The notes under the pieces were generated by a model that saw nothing but the letters and a program-made list of their open reading frames with translations, was not told where the DNA came from and did no database searches. A program made the translations under genes and the position numbers. Positions 10,641 to 21,251 of a stretch of 64,000 nt of DNA are shown here, piece by piece. This DNA comes from Candidatus Omnitrophota bacterium. GTDB taxonomy: Bacteria; Omnitrophota; Gorgyraeia; Zapsychrales; Zapsychraceae. Location: assembly GCA_029261065.1 (NCBI GenBank), contig JAJDCB010000022.1, positions 443 to 64,442 on the forward strand, in the 5' to 3' direction. The first letter of the stretch is position 1; each line of letters starts with the position of its first letter.

Positions 10641-13600
10641 ATGATTAATAAAATTATAGAAGGTTGTCTAAGAAACAGATTTTTAGTGATCGCAGCCTTT
10701 GTTCTTGTTTTTGTTTTTGGTGTCTCATCCATGAAAAATACGCCGGTTGATGCTATTCCAGATATAGGAGAGTTGCAGGTCATTGTGTATGCGGAGTGGC
10801 CGGGAAGAAGTCCTCAAGATGTTGAAGACCAAGTTATTTATCCCCTAACAACAGGATTAATGGGGACACCAAAAGTTAAAGTTGTTCGATCTTCTGCGGG
10901 ATTTGGTTTTGGTCTGGTGAATATGATTTTTGAGGATGCGACGGATTATTATTGGGCGAGGACAAGAGTATTAGAAAGATTAGACTTTGCTAAGAAAGAT
11001 ATGCCTCAAGATGCGGTTGTAACGTTGGGACCAGATGCCACAGCACTTGGTCAAATTTTTTGGTACACCGTTGAAGGTAAAGATAAAAGTCTTGATGAAC
11101 TAAGGTCCATTCAAGATTGGTTTGTTAGATATCAATTAACATCCGTTGAAGGTGTGTCGGAGGTTGCCTCCGTTGGTGGTTATGTCAAACAATATCAAGT
11201 GGACGTTGATCCCAATAGGTTGAATGTTTTCAACGTTAGTCTTTTACATGTCATGGAGGCGATTAAGCTTTCTAATATTGATGTGGGCGCGAAAGTATTT
11301 GAAGAAGGTGGTGTTGAATATGTTGTGCGAGGATTAGGTTTCATTAAAAGTATCGAAGATATTGAACAAATTGTTATTGGGGTGCATCAGGGGACGCCGT
11401 TAACGATTAAAGATGTAGGTCAAGTGACACTTGGTCCTGACTTTCGACGAGGAGCTTTAGATAAAAATGGCCGTGAAGTCACAGGTGGCGTTGTCTTAAT
11501 GCGTTTTGGAGAAAATCCTTTAAAAGTTATTGAAAGGATTAAAACAAAGATCGAAGAGATTTCAGTTGGTTTGCCTGAAGGGGTCACAATTGTTCCTTTT
11601 TATGATCGCACAGGACTTATCAAAGATTCTATTCATACGTTAAGCAGTGCTTTGACACAAGAGATGATTATTACGGTGTTTGTTATTGCCGTATTTTTAT
11701 TTCATCTTGGGGGAAGTATTATTATTTCCATGGTTCTTCCTATAGGTGTTTTGATTGCCTTTATTTTGATGCGGCAAGTCGGTGTCGATGCCAACATTAT
11801 GTCGTTGGGAGGAATCGCAATCGCTATTGGTGTTATGGTCGACTCGGGCTGTGTTTTAGTTGAAAATATTTATCGGAAACTTGTCGAGAAACGAGAAGAA
11901 AGAAATGTTAATAAGTTATCTAGTGAAGAAAGATTAAACGTATGTATTGAGGCGTCCCAAGAAGTGGGAAGACCTGTTTTGTTTGCTTTGTTAACCACGA
12001 TTGTAAGTTTTGTGCCTGTTTTTGTTTTAACGGGACAAGCGGGGAGATTATTTAGCCCATTAGCTTACACAAAAACGTTTGCCATGATTGGAGCGGCTAT
12101 TATTGCACTAACGTTGCTGCCTACTCTGTGTTATTTTTTCTTAAGAGGACGATTGCGTGCCGTCAAAGATAACAAAACAGCAAAAATATTACATAAAAAC
12201 TATACACCCATGCTTCGATGGTCATTAAAGAATAAAAAAATAGTCGTTATTATTTCTCTTATTGTATTGGTCACAGGGTTGTCTTTAGGATCGATCATGA
12301 AACAAGAGTTTATGCCGCCTTTAAATGAAGGTGATTTGTTGTTTATGCCGGTTTTGATGCCGGGAGCATCATTAACCCAAGTTATGGAGGTGATGCAGAA
12401 ACAAAATATTATTATTAAAGATGAAATCCCAGAGGTTAAACAAGTCGTCGGAAAGCTTGGACGCGCTGAGACCGCGACAGATCCCGCTCCTGTCGTCATG
12501 ATTGAGAGTATTATCAATCTTAAAGACAAAAAGTATTGGCGAAAAGGGATGACGCGAGAAAAACTGATTGTCGAAATTCAAGAAAAAACAAAGATGCCAG
12601 GTGTGAGTCCCATTATGACACAACCGATACGTAATCGTATTGATATGTTAGCCACAGGAATCCAAACACCTGTTGGTATTAAAGTTTTTGGAGCTGATCT
12701 AAAAGAAATAGAAAAAATTGGGATTCAGTTAGAAGGTATTGTTGCTCAAGTTGATGGTGCTGTTGCCCCTTACGCGGAACGTATCGGTGGTCGCGCCTAT
12801 TTTGAAATGGACATTGATCGTGAACAAGCCGCTCGTTACGGCATTCATGTTCAAGATATTCAGGATTTAATCATGACAGGTATTGGTGGGATGAATGTCA
12901 CAACGACGGTGGAAGGTCGTGAGCGTTATCCTGTTCGCGTTCGGTATATGCGCGAGTTGCGTGATAATCCCGAAGATCTAAAACGTATTTTCGTCCCAAC
13001 CCGTTGGAAGTGGGAAAACGCACCGGGACCATTACAAATCCCGTTAGCTCAATTGGTTGACTTTAGAAAGGTTGCTGGACCTTCGATGATTTTATCTGAG
13101 AACACCATGCCGTATGCCCGTGTCTTTGTTAATGTTGATCAAAGTAAAGTGGGGCTTGTTGATTTTGTAAAAAAAGCTCAACAAAAAGTTGAAGAAGAAA
13201 TTAATCAAGGCCGTCTAAATATTCCTGCTGGATATTACATCAGTTGGTCAGGGCAGTTTGAAGCAGAGTTAGAATCAAGAAAGAAATTATTGCCTTCGAT
13301 GATGATTGCTTTACTTGTGATTCTCATTTTACTTTACATGGCGTTTAAGAATTTTAGAGTGTTAGGAATATTAGCGGGTGTCCTTCCGTTATCCTTGATG
13401 GGAGGGATTATTTTACTATTTGTTTTAAACTTTAAGTTTTCGACAGCGGTATGGGTTGGTTTTATAGCCTTGTTTGGTGTTGCGACCGATAATGCAGTTG
13501 TATTGCTTTCAACTCTTGAGAATTTATTTAAAGAAAGACTGCCCAAAACAGTAGAAGATATTAGAGCGACAGTTACTGAAGCTGGGTTATTAAGAGTTCG

Positions 13601-13793
13601 ACCTGCGATGATGACAACTATGACGACCATTATCGCTTTACTCCCCGTCATGTTTGCCACCGGCAGCGGTTCAGAAATCATGAAACCCATGGCCGCACCA
13701 ACGGTAGGTGGTCTTGTTACGGCAACCTTGGCCAATTTAATATTGGTGCCTGTGTTGTATGCATGGATTAAAGAAAAAGAAATACAAGACTAA
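10641..13793 (+). CDS. cusA: CusA/CzcA heavy-metal RND permease (Cu/Ag type)
   Basis: 1050 aa; DAIPDI, NIMSLGGIAIAIG, EFMPPLNEGDLLFMP, TDPAP, RIDMLATG, RVRPAMMT. Confidence 0.93.
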   Translation: MINKIIEGCLRNRFLVIAAFVLVFVFGVSSMKNTPVDAIPDIGELQVIVYAEWPGRSPQDVEDQVIYPLTTGLMGTPKVKVVRSSAGFGFGLVNMIFEDATDYYWARTRVLERLDFAKKDMPQDAVVTLGPDATALGQIFWYTVEGKDKSLDELRSIQDWFVRYQLTSVEGVSEVASVGGYVKQYQVDVDPNRLNVFNVSLLHVMEAIKLSNIDVGAKVFEEGGVEYVVRGLGFIKSIEDIEQIVIGVHQGTPLTIKDVGQVTLGPDFRRGALDKNGREVTGGVVLMRFGENPLKVIERIKTKIEEISVGLPEGVTIVPFYDRTGLIKDSIHTLSSALTQEMIITVFVIAVFLFHLGGSIIISMVLPIGVLIAFILMRQVGVDANIMSLGGIAIAIGVMVDSGCVLVENIYRKLVEKREERNVNKLSSEERLNVCIEASQEVGRPVLFALLTTIVSFVPVFVLTGQAGRLFSPLAYTKTFAMIGAAIIALTLLPTLCYFFLRGRLRAVKDNKTAKILHKNYTPMLRWSLKNKKIVVIISLIVLVTGLSLGSIMKQEFMPPLNEGDLLFMPVLMPGASLTQVMEVMQKQNIIIKDEIPEVKQVVGKLGRAETATDPAPVVMIESIINLKDKKYWRKGMTREKLIVEIQEKTKMPGVSPIMTQPIRNRIDMLATGIQTPVGIKVFGADLKEIEKIGIQLEGIVAQVDGAVAPYAERIGGRAYFEMDIDREQAARYGIHVQDIQDLIMTGIGGMNVTTTVEGRERYPVRVRYMRELRDNPEDLKRIFVPTRWKWENAPGPLQIPLAQLVDFRKVAGPSMILSENTMPYARVFVNVDQSKVGLVDFVKKAQQKVEEEINQGRLNIPAGYYISWSGQFEAELESRKKLLPSMMIALLVILILLYMAFKNFRVLGILAGVLPLSLMGGIILLFVLNFKFSTAVWVGFIALFGVATDNAVVLLSTLENLFKERLPKTVEDIRATVTEAGLLRVRPAMMTTMTTIIALLPVMFATGSGSEIMKPMAAPTVGGLVTATLANLILVPVLYAWIKEKEIQD

Positions 13794-13857
13794 GATTTGT
13801 AAGACCACTTAAAAACATCAACCTTTTAATTTTAAATTCTTCAGGTATAATCATTTT

Positions 13858-14811
13858 ATGTTTTCCACGATTATATTTAATATTCCTTTTTTCATATTTT
13901 ATTTTTATGCCATTAGTGTCTCTTTAGAGAAGCGCAAAGTTCAACAACAACCAGCGACATTAAGTTTAATAGTTTTCTCTGCATTTTTAGGGAAAGCTGT
14001 TATTGTTTTTATTTTGGTTCTACTTCTGCAAAGAGGCGGTGGTGGCGAGGGAGCTTCTAAGTCCTTATATCAAGTCATGATTGCCATCCATTATGTTTTA
14101 ATGGCGTTATTAATGTTTTGTATCTTTGGTTGGCGAAAATCAGAAGAAGCGACGTATAAACGACCAATTAAATTGACGGTTGTTGGTTTTGTTCTTATAG
14201 GTGTAGGCATATTATTCAGCATTTTTTTTCAGCGTATGTTTGTAGATGGAGGATTTAATGGTGATATTAAACTGTTTGCTGGTTTTAATGCTTTCTTCTC
14301 AATGATATTTGGTTTAGGATCATTAATATTTTTTCTAAAGGCTATCTTTGATAGTCGAGGTTATCCGGAAGCAAAACCTGCTGTTGTAACGGCGGGTCAA
14401 GGTAATGGATCTTCAGCTGATCAAATCAATGTTCAAGTTCCGCTAACAGGTCTTTTTGAAGAAAAGGATTTTATTCCTTATGTCGTTGGAATTATGGGGT
14501 TCGGTGGATTATTGATCATTCCTCTTTTGTGGGGTGGTTTTATGGGGATGGGATACGAGAGATCGATGTTTCCTGCTTTACTTTCGTGTGGCATTTTTGC
14601 TTTCTCTCATGACAAGCGTGGTAATTTTTTGTGGGGACGCTTTATATTTTTATCCATTTATGTTTTTTTTATGATTATGCGTACGGCAGCCAAGTATGGT
14701 GGTGGTGGAAAACCTATGTTTCTTGCTGGTGGTTTTTTAGGATATGTTGTTATGTTTGGCTGTGGTTGGTTGGGTATTGCTATCAATCGGTTTTTGTTTA
14801 AAAAGAAATAG
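13858..14811 (+). CDS. Hypothetical multi-pass membrane protein
   Basis: About 9 hydrophobic segments; no recognised motif. Confidence 0.7.
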   Translation: MFSTIIFNIPFFIFYFYAISVSLEKRKVQQQPATLSLIVFSAFLGKAVIVFILVLLLQRGGGGEGASKSLYQVMIAIHYVLMALLMFCIFGWRKSEEATYKRPIKLTVVGFVLIGVGILFSIFFQRMFVDGGFNGDIKLFAGFNAFFSMIFGLGSLIFFLKAIFDSRGYPEAKPAVVTAGQGNGSSADQINVQVPLTGLFEEKDFIPYVVGIMGFGGLLIIPLLWGGFMGMGYERSMFPALLSCGIFAFSHDKRGNFLWGRFIFLSIYVFFMIMRTAAKYGGGGKPMFLAGGFLGYVVMFGCGWLGIAINRFLFKKK

Positions 14812-14851
14812 TTTATTAATAATATATTAAATAAGAAATGTAATTTTTAAT

Positions 14852-15775
14852 ATGGATACTATTCTCTCCGTTAAAAATTTAAATAAAGTTTATGCCGATG
14901 GCTTTCAAGCCCTTAAGAATATCAATCTTGAGATTCGTAAAGGGGAGATTTTTGCCTTGCTTGGGCCTAATGGGGCCGGTAAGACAACGTTGATTAGCGC
15001 GATTTGTGGGTTAGTTAATCCTACCGATGGTCAGATTCTTGTTAATGGGCATGATATCAATGAAAACTTTCGACAAACACGGACATTAATTGGTCTTGTC
15101 CCACAAGAATTGTGCGTCGAAACGTTTGAACCTGTTTGGGACACGGTTAACTTTAGTCGTGGCTTGTTTGGGCTGGCACCAAATCGTGAGTACGTTGAAG
15201 ATATTTTAAAGAAATTAACTCTGTGGGATAAAAGAAAAAGTCGTATTTTAACATTATCGGGTGGTATGAAAAGAAGGGTTATGATAGCAAAGGCCTTATC
15301 TCACGAACCTCAATTATTATTTCTTGATGAGCCTACAGCAGGAGTTGATGTTGAGCTTAGAAAAGATATGTGGAATCAAGTTAAAGAGTTAAAGAATATG
15401 GGTGTTACAATCATTCTTACGACGCATTATATAGATGAGGCGGAACAGATGGCAGATAGAATAGGGGTGATCAATAAGGGAGAAATTATTGTTACAGAAA
15501 ACAAGAAAGATCTTATGCACCAATTTGGCCGAAAAAAACTAACATTGGATTTAAATGTCGTGATAAAGGTTGTTCCAAAGCAACTTGACCAATGGGATTT
15601 GAATTTAAATGAGGAAGGGTCACAGATGAGTTATTCTTATGATGCTTCTGTAGAGGACAACGGTATTTCACAACTTTTAGCTGATTTAGCTTCGGCTGGC
15701 ATTTCTTATAAAGATATTCAAACCAAACAAAGTTCCTTAGAAGAAATTTTTATTCAATTGGTGAATCAATCATGA
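14852..15775 (+). CDS. ABC-2 transporter ATP-binding protein (YadG-like)
   Basis: Walker [14 protein letters not shown] signature, LDEPTAGVD. Confidence 0.93.
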   Translation: MDTILSVKNLNKVYADGFQALKNINLEIRKGEIFALLGPNGAGKTTLISAICGLVNPTDGQILVNGHDINENFRQTRTLIGLVPQELCVETFEPVWDTVNFSRGLFGLAPNREYVEDILKKLTLWDKRKSRILTLSGGMKRRVMIAKALSHEPQLLFLDEPTAGVDVELRKDMWNQVKELKNMGVTIILTTHYIDEAEQMADRIGVINKGEIIVTENKKDLMHQFGRKKLTLDLNVVIKVVPKQLDQWDLNLNEEGSQMSYSYDASVEDNGISQLLADLASAGISYKDIQTKQSSLEEIFIQLVNQS

Positions 15776-16533
15776 ACTTTTATGCTGTCCGCTCAATTTA
15801 TTATTTTGAAATGGCTCGTACTTGGCGAACGATCGCTCAAAGTATAGCGTCACCTGTTATATCAACGACTTTATACTTTGTTGTCTTTGGTTCGGCTATT
15901 GGTTCGCGTATCAGCGAAATTGATGGTATCAGTTACGGTTCGTTTATTGTGCCGGGTCTAATTATGTTATCGATTTTGACAGAAAGCATCTCAAATGCAT
16001 CTTTTGGCATTTATTTTCCTAAGTTTACCGGAACTATTTACGAAATTCTATCAGCGCCTGTTTCTTATGTTGAAATTTTGTTGGGATATGTTGGAGCCGC
16101 CGCAACGAAGTCGATTATTGTTGGATTACTTATTTTAACAACAGCCAGTTTTTTCGTGCCTCTTGAAATAAAACATCCGGGCCTCATGATTCTTTTTCTG
16201 GTGCTGACGGCGGTCACATTTAGTCTCTTTGGTTTTATCATCGGTGTCTGGGCTGATGGATTTGAAAAGCTTCAAATTATTCCTATGTTAATTATCACAC
16301 CGCTAACCTTTTTGGGAGGAAGCTTTTATAGTATCAAAATGCTCCCCGAATTCTGGCAAAAAGTATCTTTATTCAACCCTGTCGTTTATTTAATCAGTGG
16401 TTTTCGCTTTAGCTTCTATGAAAAATCAGATGTTAATTTAAGTGTTAGCCTTTGTATGATCTTTATATTTTTAAGTACGTGTATTATTTTGGCAAGATGG
16501 ATGTTGAAATCGGGGTATCGTTTGAAGAGTTAA
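15772..16533 (+). CDS. ABC-2 transporter permease (YadH-like)
   Basis: [18 protein letters not shown] and [11 protein letters not shown] motifs; overlaps the ATPase stop. Confidence 0.9.
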   Translation: MNFYAVRSIYYFEMARTWRTIAQSIASPVISTTLYFVVFGSAIGSRISEIDGISYGSFIVPGLIMLSILTESISNASFGIYFPKFTGTIYEILSAPVSYVEILLGYVGAAATKSIIVGLLILTTASFFVPLEIKHPGLMILFLVLTAVTFSLFGFIIGVWADGFEKLQIIPMLIITPLTFLGGSFYSIKMLPEFWQKVSLFNPVVYLISGFRFSFYEKSDVNLSVSLCMIFIFLSTCIILARWMLKSGYRLKS

Positions 16534-16634
16534 TAGTAACAGGTTTTACGTCGTAACAATTTAAGAAAAAGATAGGTTCTCTGCGGCTCTGGATCGGAAG
16601 GTTTTGGAGGGACGGTATAAAAGTGATTTTAATA

Positions 16635-16677
16635 TATAAAAAAGGTGATAACCATAACGGTTATCACCTTTTTTATA
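16635..16677. terminator. Bidirectional intrinsic terminator
   Basis: AAAAAAGGTGATAACC-ATAAC-GGTTATCACCTTTTTT between convergent genes. Confidence 0.85.
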
Positions 16678-16694
16678 AAAAACGATACTGATTA

Positions 16695-17438
16695 TTACAT
16701 TCCAGCAGGTAATTGCATAATAAGAACCCCTACCAAAGTATCTCCATCAAATACAGGAGCTCCCATGAAGCGAGCTGGATCTTCATAAGATGGTGTGTAA
16801 GGTTCCATATCCACAAAGTTTGTCATGTCTTTGTCTGAGGTGCCTTTTATAGCATCATAAACACGAGCAAAGTTTGTATCGGCATAGGGCCCATCTTTTA
16901 AACTCGTTGTAAAGTCTAGTTCTTTAAAGACACTATAAACAATATCTCCGGATTCGATATCAATAAGAAAGATATCATATAGCCCAAATTCTTCTAAATA
17001 AGCGCGGAATTTAGGGTGATATTTTTCATGAATCGTTGACCACTTTGATTTGTCACTTCCTTTATCGAGTTTGTCCTTTGACCCTAAAGGGTTTGAGTTT
17101 TCTATGATGTAATAGTATTGCATTGCAATCGTATCATCATCAAGAGAATCAAACATTTTACTTATAGGGGCTTCTTTTCCGTTATTTCTTTTTTTGTACT
17201 CAGCACCATATTGATCGGTGTAGTACGCCTTGAGTTTAGGTTTCATTTCTTCAACAGATTCAATGGCATTATCCGAACGAAAGGTCTTAAATGCTTCATT
17301 AAACTCTTTCATAGCGCTAACGACATAATCTTGTTGCGCGAAACTTTGACATTGAATTTCTTCAACACTCATGGCAAAGGCCTGCGTTGAGCAGAACATG
17401 CTCACAGCAAGTGTTAACATACAGATGATTTTTTTCAT
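16695..17438 (-). CDS. Stand-alone secreted Cache-like sensor domain protein
   Basis: Signal peptide (AFA). YDIFLID..GDIVYSVFKELDF.TSL..GPY and YTPSY..PARF.GAPV motifs are typical of chemoreceptor periplasmic domains. Ends before any second TM. Confidence 0.75.
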   Translation of the reverse strand: MKKIICMLTLAVSMFCSTQAFAMSVEEIQCQSFAQQDYVVSAMKEFNEAFKTFRSDNAIESVEEMKPKLKAYYTDQYGAEYKKRNNGKEAPISKMFDSLDDDTIAMQYYYIIENSNPLGSKDKLDKGSDKSKWSTIHEKYHPKFRAYLEEFGLYDIFLIDIESGDIVYSVFKELDFTTSLKDGPYADTNFARVYDAIKGTSDKDMTNFVDMEPYTPSYEDPARFMGAPVFDGDTLVGVLIMQLPAGM

Positions 17439-17752
17439 TTTTTCTCCGTTTAGTAAAAGTTTTTATTTTTACTTATCTATGTTTTGTTTCATTATTGTTG
17501 AGTGTAAGTGAGAAATAGGGAATAGTCAATTTTTTTTCATTTTATTTTTAATAGTATAAAGTGAGCGTTTTTATTTACATAAGTATTTGCAGTGTAACAG
17601 TTTATGTTAGTAAATGTTTTGGAAAATGAAGGTTTGATTGTATTTATCTTAATCCTCTTTAATCAATAGCGAAGTGTATTGCATAGATATTACTTATAAA
17701 ATAAGGATGGAAAAGTGTTAAGTTTCAAGTTTAATGTATTTTTATACATTTC

Positions 17753-17797
17753 TTGACAAGGCGTTATTTATATTATATATTTAACCATATGGTTAAA
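17753..17797 (+). promoter_or_regulatory. Sigma70 promoter plus operator palindrome over the arsR start codon
   Basis: TTGACA(17753)-17 nt-TATATT(17776); perfect palindrome TTTAACCATATGGTTAAA at 17780-17797. Confidence 0.75.
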
Positions 17798-18127
17798 CAA
17801 AAAGAGCAACATATCAATGATATTTTTCATGCTTTAGCAGATCCTACGAGGCGAAAAATTCTTAAAATGCTTTCAGAGAAGGATTGCCAAGCTACGGAAT
17901 TGGCGCAGGCTTTTGAAATGTCGTTTCCTGCAGTATCTAAGCATTTAAAAGTATTAGAGAAGGCTCAGTTTATCAGAAGAAAGGTGAATGGGCGTATTCA
18001 TCGATTCTATTTTGAGGAAAAAACGATGAAAGAAGTTTATCATTGGGTGAAATTTTATGAAAAATTCTGGTTACAAAATTTGAGTAATCTGGATGATTTT
18101 CTTAATAAAAAAGGTCGTCAAGAGTAG
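17789..18127 (+). CDS. ArsR/SmtB-family regulator
   Basis: FHALADPTRRKIL and MSFPAVSKHLKVL. Start moved to ATG 17789 because the ORF-track start is the -35 box. Confidence 0.92.
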   Translation: MVKQKEQHINDIFHALADPTRRKILKMLSEKDCQATELAQAFEMSFPAVSKHLKVLEKAQFIRRKVNGRIHRFYFEEKTMKEVYHWVKFYEKFWLQNLSNLDDFLNKKGRQE

Positions 18128-18188
18128 TGATTTTTGTCGAACCTCGTCATTTCTTACAGATAATGACGAAAATGCTAGGAGATAACAA

Positions 18189-18629
18189 ATGACACTACAC
18201 AATTTATCAGAAACATCACTTAAAATAGAACGAGAGTTTGCGGCAAAGAGAGAAGATGTCTTTTCGGCATGGACGGATCCGGCAAAAATGGTTCAGTGGA
18301 TGGGGCCAGGTGAGGTTAATTGTGGAGGTGTTGATATCGATTTAAAGGTGGGAGGCTGTTATAGCATTCAAATGCTGACGCCTGATAATGAAAATCCGAT
18401 TGCCGTTGGTGAATATAAAGAGATTGTTCCAAATGAAAAACTTCAATTTACATGGACCTGGAAGGGCGGCGAGATGCCAGATACCCTTGTAACGTTAACG
18501 TTTGAAGATGCCAATGGTAATACAAAGTTAACGCTTTTGCATGAAAACTTCCCAGCCAAGGAAGCTGCAGAGAAACATACACATGGGTGGAATGGGTGTC
18601 TTGATAAGTTAGGGAAATTTGTTCAATAA
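18189..18629 (+). CDS. SRPBCC/AHSA1-family protein
   Basis: VFSAWTDP...W, DLKVGG, FTW and GW motifs; typical ArsR partner. Confidence 0.9.
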   Translation: MTLHNLSETSLKIEREFAAKREDVFSAWTDPAKMVQWMGPGEVNCGGVDIDLKVGGCYSIQMLTPDNENPIAVGEYKEIVPNEKLQFTWTWKGGEMPDTLVTLTFEDANGNTKLTLLHENFPAKEAAEKHTHGWNGCLDKLGKFVQ

Positions 18630-18650
18630 ATAGTTAGGAGTAAAAAAATT

Positions 18651-18690
18651 AAACCCTGTTTTCCTTTTTAAGGAGAGCAGGGTTTTTCTT
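18651..18690 (+). terminator. Intrinsic terminator
   Basis: AAACCCTGTTTTCCTT...AAGGAGAGCAGGGTTTTT. Confidence 0.7.
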
Positions 18691-18830
18691 TGTGCGGAAT
18701 CTCGGCAAAACAGAGAACTATTTGAAAAATAAACGAGTACTTTTATATTTGATGATATAATTGTTTGATTATCATCCATAAACTTTACTTATAAATTCTA
18801 AGTAGTATTATTTAACGAAAGGATTTACAG

Positions 18831-19415
18831 ATGTCAGACAAAGTTAAAATTCTAGCTTTTGCTGGTAGCGCTAGGGCTCAATCGTTTAATAAAATGTTAG
18901 TTAATGTTGCTGCCAAAGGTGCCGTTGAGGCTGGGGCTGAAGTCACGGTTATTGATTTAAAAGATTATCCTATGCCGTTATTGGATCAAGATTTGGAAAC
19001 AAATGAAGGAATGCCGGAGAATGCAAAAAAAGTAAAACAGTTAATGATTGAACATGATGGTTTTTTAATCGCCTGCCCGGAATATAACAGTTCCATCACA
19101 CCTCTTTTAAAAAATACAATTGATTGGGCTTCAAGGCCAACAGAAAAAGATGAGCCCATGTTAAAAGCCTACACAGGTAAGATAACAGCCATTATGAGTG
19201 CATCTCCAGGAGGGCTTGGAGGATTACGTGGCCTTGTTCATGTTAGATCAATTTTTGAAAATATTAATGTTATAGTTTTGCCTAATCAGCGTGCTATTGG
19301 AAGTGCATATAACGCATTTGATGATCAAGGGAATCTAAAAGATGAAAAGCAAAACAATGCCGTGAAGGCCTTGGGTGGGGAGCTGGCCAACTTTATTAAA
19401 AAGATTAAAGGGTAG
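18831..19415 (+). CDS. NAD(P)H-dependent FMN reductase
   Basis: GSAR, PEYNSS, LKNTIDW and SASPGGLGGLR. Confidence 0.93.
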   Translation: MSDKVKILAFAGSARAQSFNKMLVNVAAKGAVEAGAEVTVIDLKDYPMPLLDQDLETNEGMPENAKKVKQLMIEHDGFLIACPEYNSSITPLLKNTIDWASRPTEKDEPMLKAYTGKITAIMSASPGGLGGLRGLVHVRSIFENINVIVLPNQRAIGSAYNAFDDQGNLKDEKQNNAVKALGGELANFIKKIKG

Positions 19416-19422
19416 ATGAGAT

Positions 19423-19977
19423 ATGAAACTTATTGGTTCTACGACATCTCCTTATGTTCGACGCATCAGACTTCAGTTGAAGGATCAAGATCATGAGTTT
19501 AGGTGTGTTAATATTTTTACAAAAGAAGGTCAAATGGAGGTGGCTCAATATACGACTACGGGGCGCATTCCTCTTTTGGTTGATGATAATAAGGTGATAT
19601 GGGATTCATTTTTGATTGCACAGTATTTAGCGCCTAAGCCACTTGCCTTAGATCTTCAAAAGGATTTGGTTCTTATCAATGAAATGACTGATGCTGGTGT
19701 GCAGTTGTTTCAGTTGAGAAAGTTTGAAATTGACGTTGAAGATAAGGGGCTTTTTTCCAAAAATAATTTAAGACGCATAAAAAATATCCTTAGCTATTTT
19801 GAAGCTAAAAAATTAGTAGAGTGGAATATCCTTACTCAATGGCTTTATTGCACGCTAGATTGGTTTGATTTCCGTAATGTTTTTAAATGGCGTGATGATC
19901 ATCCGCGACTTGTGAGTTTTTATAATACATATTGTGAGCATATCAAAATTAAAGAAACGGAACCACGGCAAAATTAG
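19423..19977 (+). CDS. GST N-terminal domain protein
   Basis: GSTTSPYVRRIR, RIPLL and WDS motifs. Confidence 0.85.
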   Translation: MKLIGSTTSPYVRRIRLQLKDQDHEFRCVNIFTKEGQMEVAQYTTTGRIPLLVDDNKVIWDSFLIAQYLAPKPLALDLQKDLVLINEMTDAGVQLFQLRKFEIDVEDKGLFSKNNLRRIKNILSYFEAKKLVEWNILTQWLYCTLDWFDFRNVFKWRDDHPRLVSFYNTYCEHIKIKETEPRQN

Positions 19978-19997
19978 AAATTAACTTTAAAAAGAAG

Positions 19998-21248
19998 GTG
20001 ATTATGTCAAAAATTTTGGATCAGGATATATTAAAGAAAAAAAGATTCGTTAATATTTTTCACAATCCGATTACAGCTTGGATCATATTGGGAACTTCCT
20101 TGGGGTTAACATTTTTCGCCTATAGAATATCAAGCGACTTTGTCCATAAACGTGCGGAGGATAGATTTATTTTTAGACTGCACGAAATTAAGCAAGCCAT
20201 TAAAGATAGATTGGATGTTTATGAACAAGTTCTTTGGAGTGGTGTTGGCTTAATGTATGCTTCTGAAAATTTGAAAAGAGAAGGATTTAGTAAGTTTGTT
20301 GAAGCTTTAAATATTCAGAGGCATTGGCCTGGCATACAAGGTGTGGGTTTTAGTGTTTTTTTAAAACCCGAGGAGAAACAAGCTCATATTGATGCGATTC
20401 GTGCTCAAGGATTTCCAAATTTTCAGATTAAGCCTGAGGGTGAGCGAGAGATGTATTCCTCAATTGTTTATTTGGAACCCTTTGATTGGCGCAATAAACG
20501 AGCTTTTGGCTATGACATGTGGTCAAATGATATGCGTCAAGAAGCAATGAAGCGTGCACGTGATGAAGCGGTTGCAGCGACATCAGGTATTATCACACTG
20601 GTGCAGGAGACGAACGATGATGTGCAAAAAGGTTTTTTAACTTATGTTCCAGTATATAAGAGTAAGAGCATTCCAAGAACGCTCGAAGAGCGGAGAAACC
20701 AATTTCTCGGCTGGGTTTATGCTCCTTATCGGACGGGTAATTTAATGAAAGGTATTCTGGGAGCGGAGGATCCCAATATTGAATTTGAAATCTTTGATGG
20801 GGAGAACATGAATCAAGAGTCGCTTCTTTTTGATAGCAATGATGAATTGCATATATCTTTATCGAATGATAAGCCAGATTTCGAAAAAGTTATTAAAGTT
20901 GTTAATCAAGGGCGAACATGGACGTTATATTTTAGTACTCCTTATAATTATTTAAGTAACAGTGAAAAAAATCAACCTCGTTTTGTGGCGATCGCGGGAC
21001 TTATAGTAGATGTTCTTCTTTTTTACGTTATTTATTCGTTATATTTTATCAATCGACGAGCAGAGGCAATGGCCCGTGAATTAACAAAAGATGCTAAAGA
21101 GGATAAAGAAAGTTTAATGCAGGCTCTTAAGGAAGCTGAAGGTAAGGCCGATGAGCTTAAGAAAACAAATGAAGTTATGGTTAATCGTGAAGCTAAGATG
21201 GTCGAGCTAAAAAAAGAAATTATTGAGCTTAAAAAAAGAGTAAAGTAA
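19998..21248 (+). CDS. CHASE-domain membrane sensor lacking a catalytic output
   Basis: TM-CHASE (PGIQGVG, YLEPFDWRNKRAFGYDM)-TM, then only a short coiled-coil tail. Confidence 0.85.
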   Translation: MIMSKILDQDILKKKRFVNIFHNPITAWIILGTSLGLTFFAYRISSDFVHKRAEDRFIFRLHEIKQAIKDRLDVYEQVLWSGVGLMYASENLKREGFSKFVEALNIQRHWPGIQGVGFSVFLKPEEKQAHIDAIRAQGFPNFQIKPEGEREMYSSIVYLEPFDWRNKRAFGYDMWSNDMRQEAMKRARDEAVAATSGIITLVQETNDDVQKGFLTYVPVYKSKSIPRTLEERRNQFLGWVYAPYRTGNLMKGILGAEDPNIEFEIFDGENMNQESLLFDSNDELHISLSNDKPDFEKVIKVVNQGRTWTLYFSTPYNYLSNSEKNQPRFVAIAGLIVDVLLFYVIYSLYFINRRAEAMARELTKDAKEDKESLMQALKEAEGKADELKKTNEVMVNREAKMVELKKEIIELKKRVK

Positions 21249-21251
21249 ATT

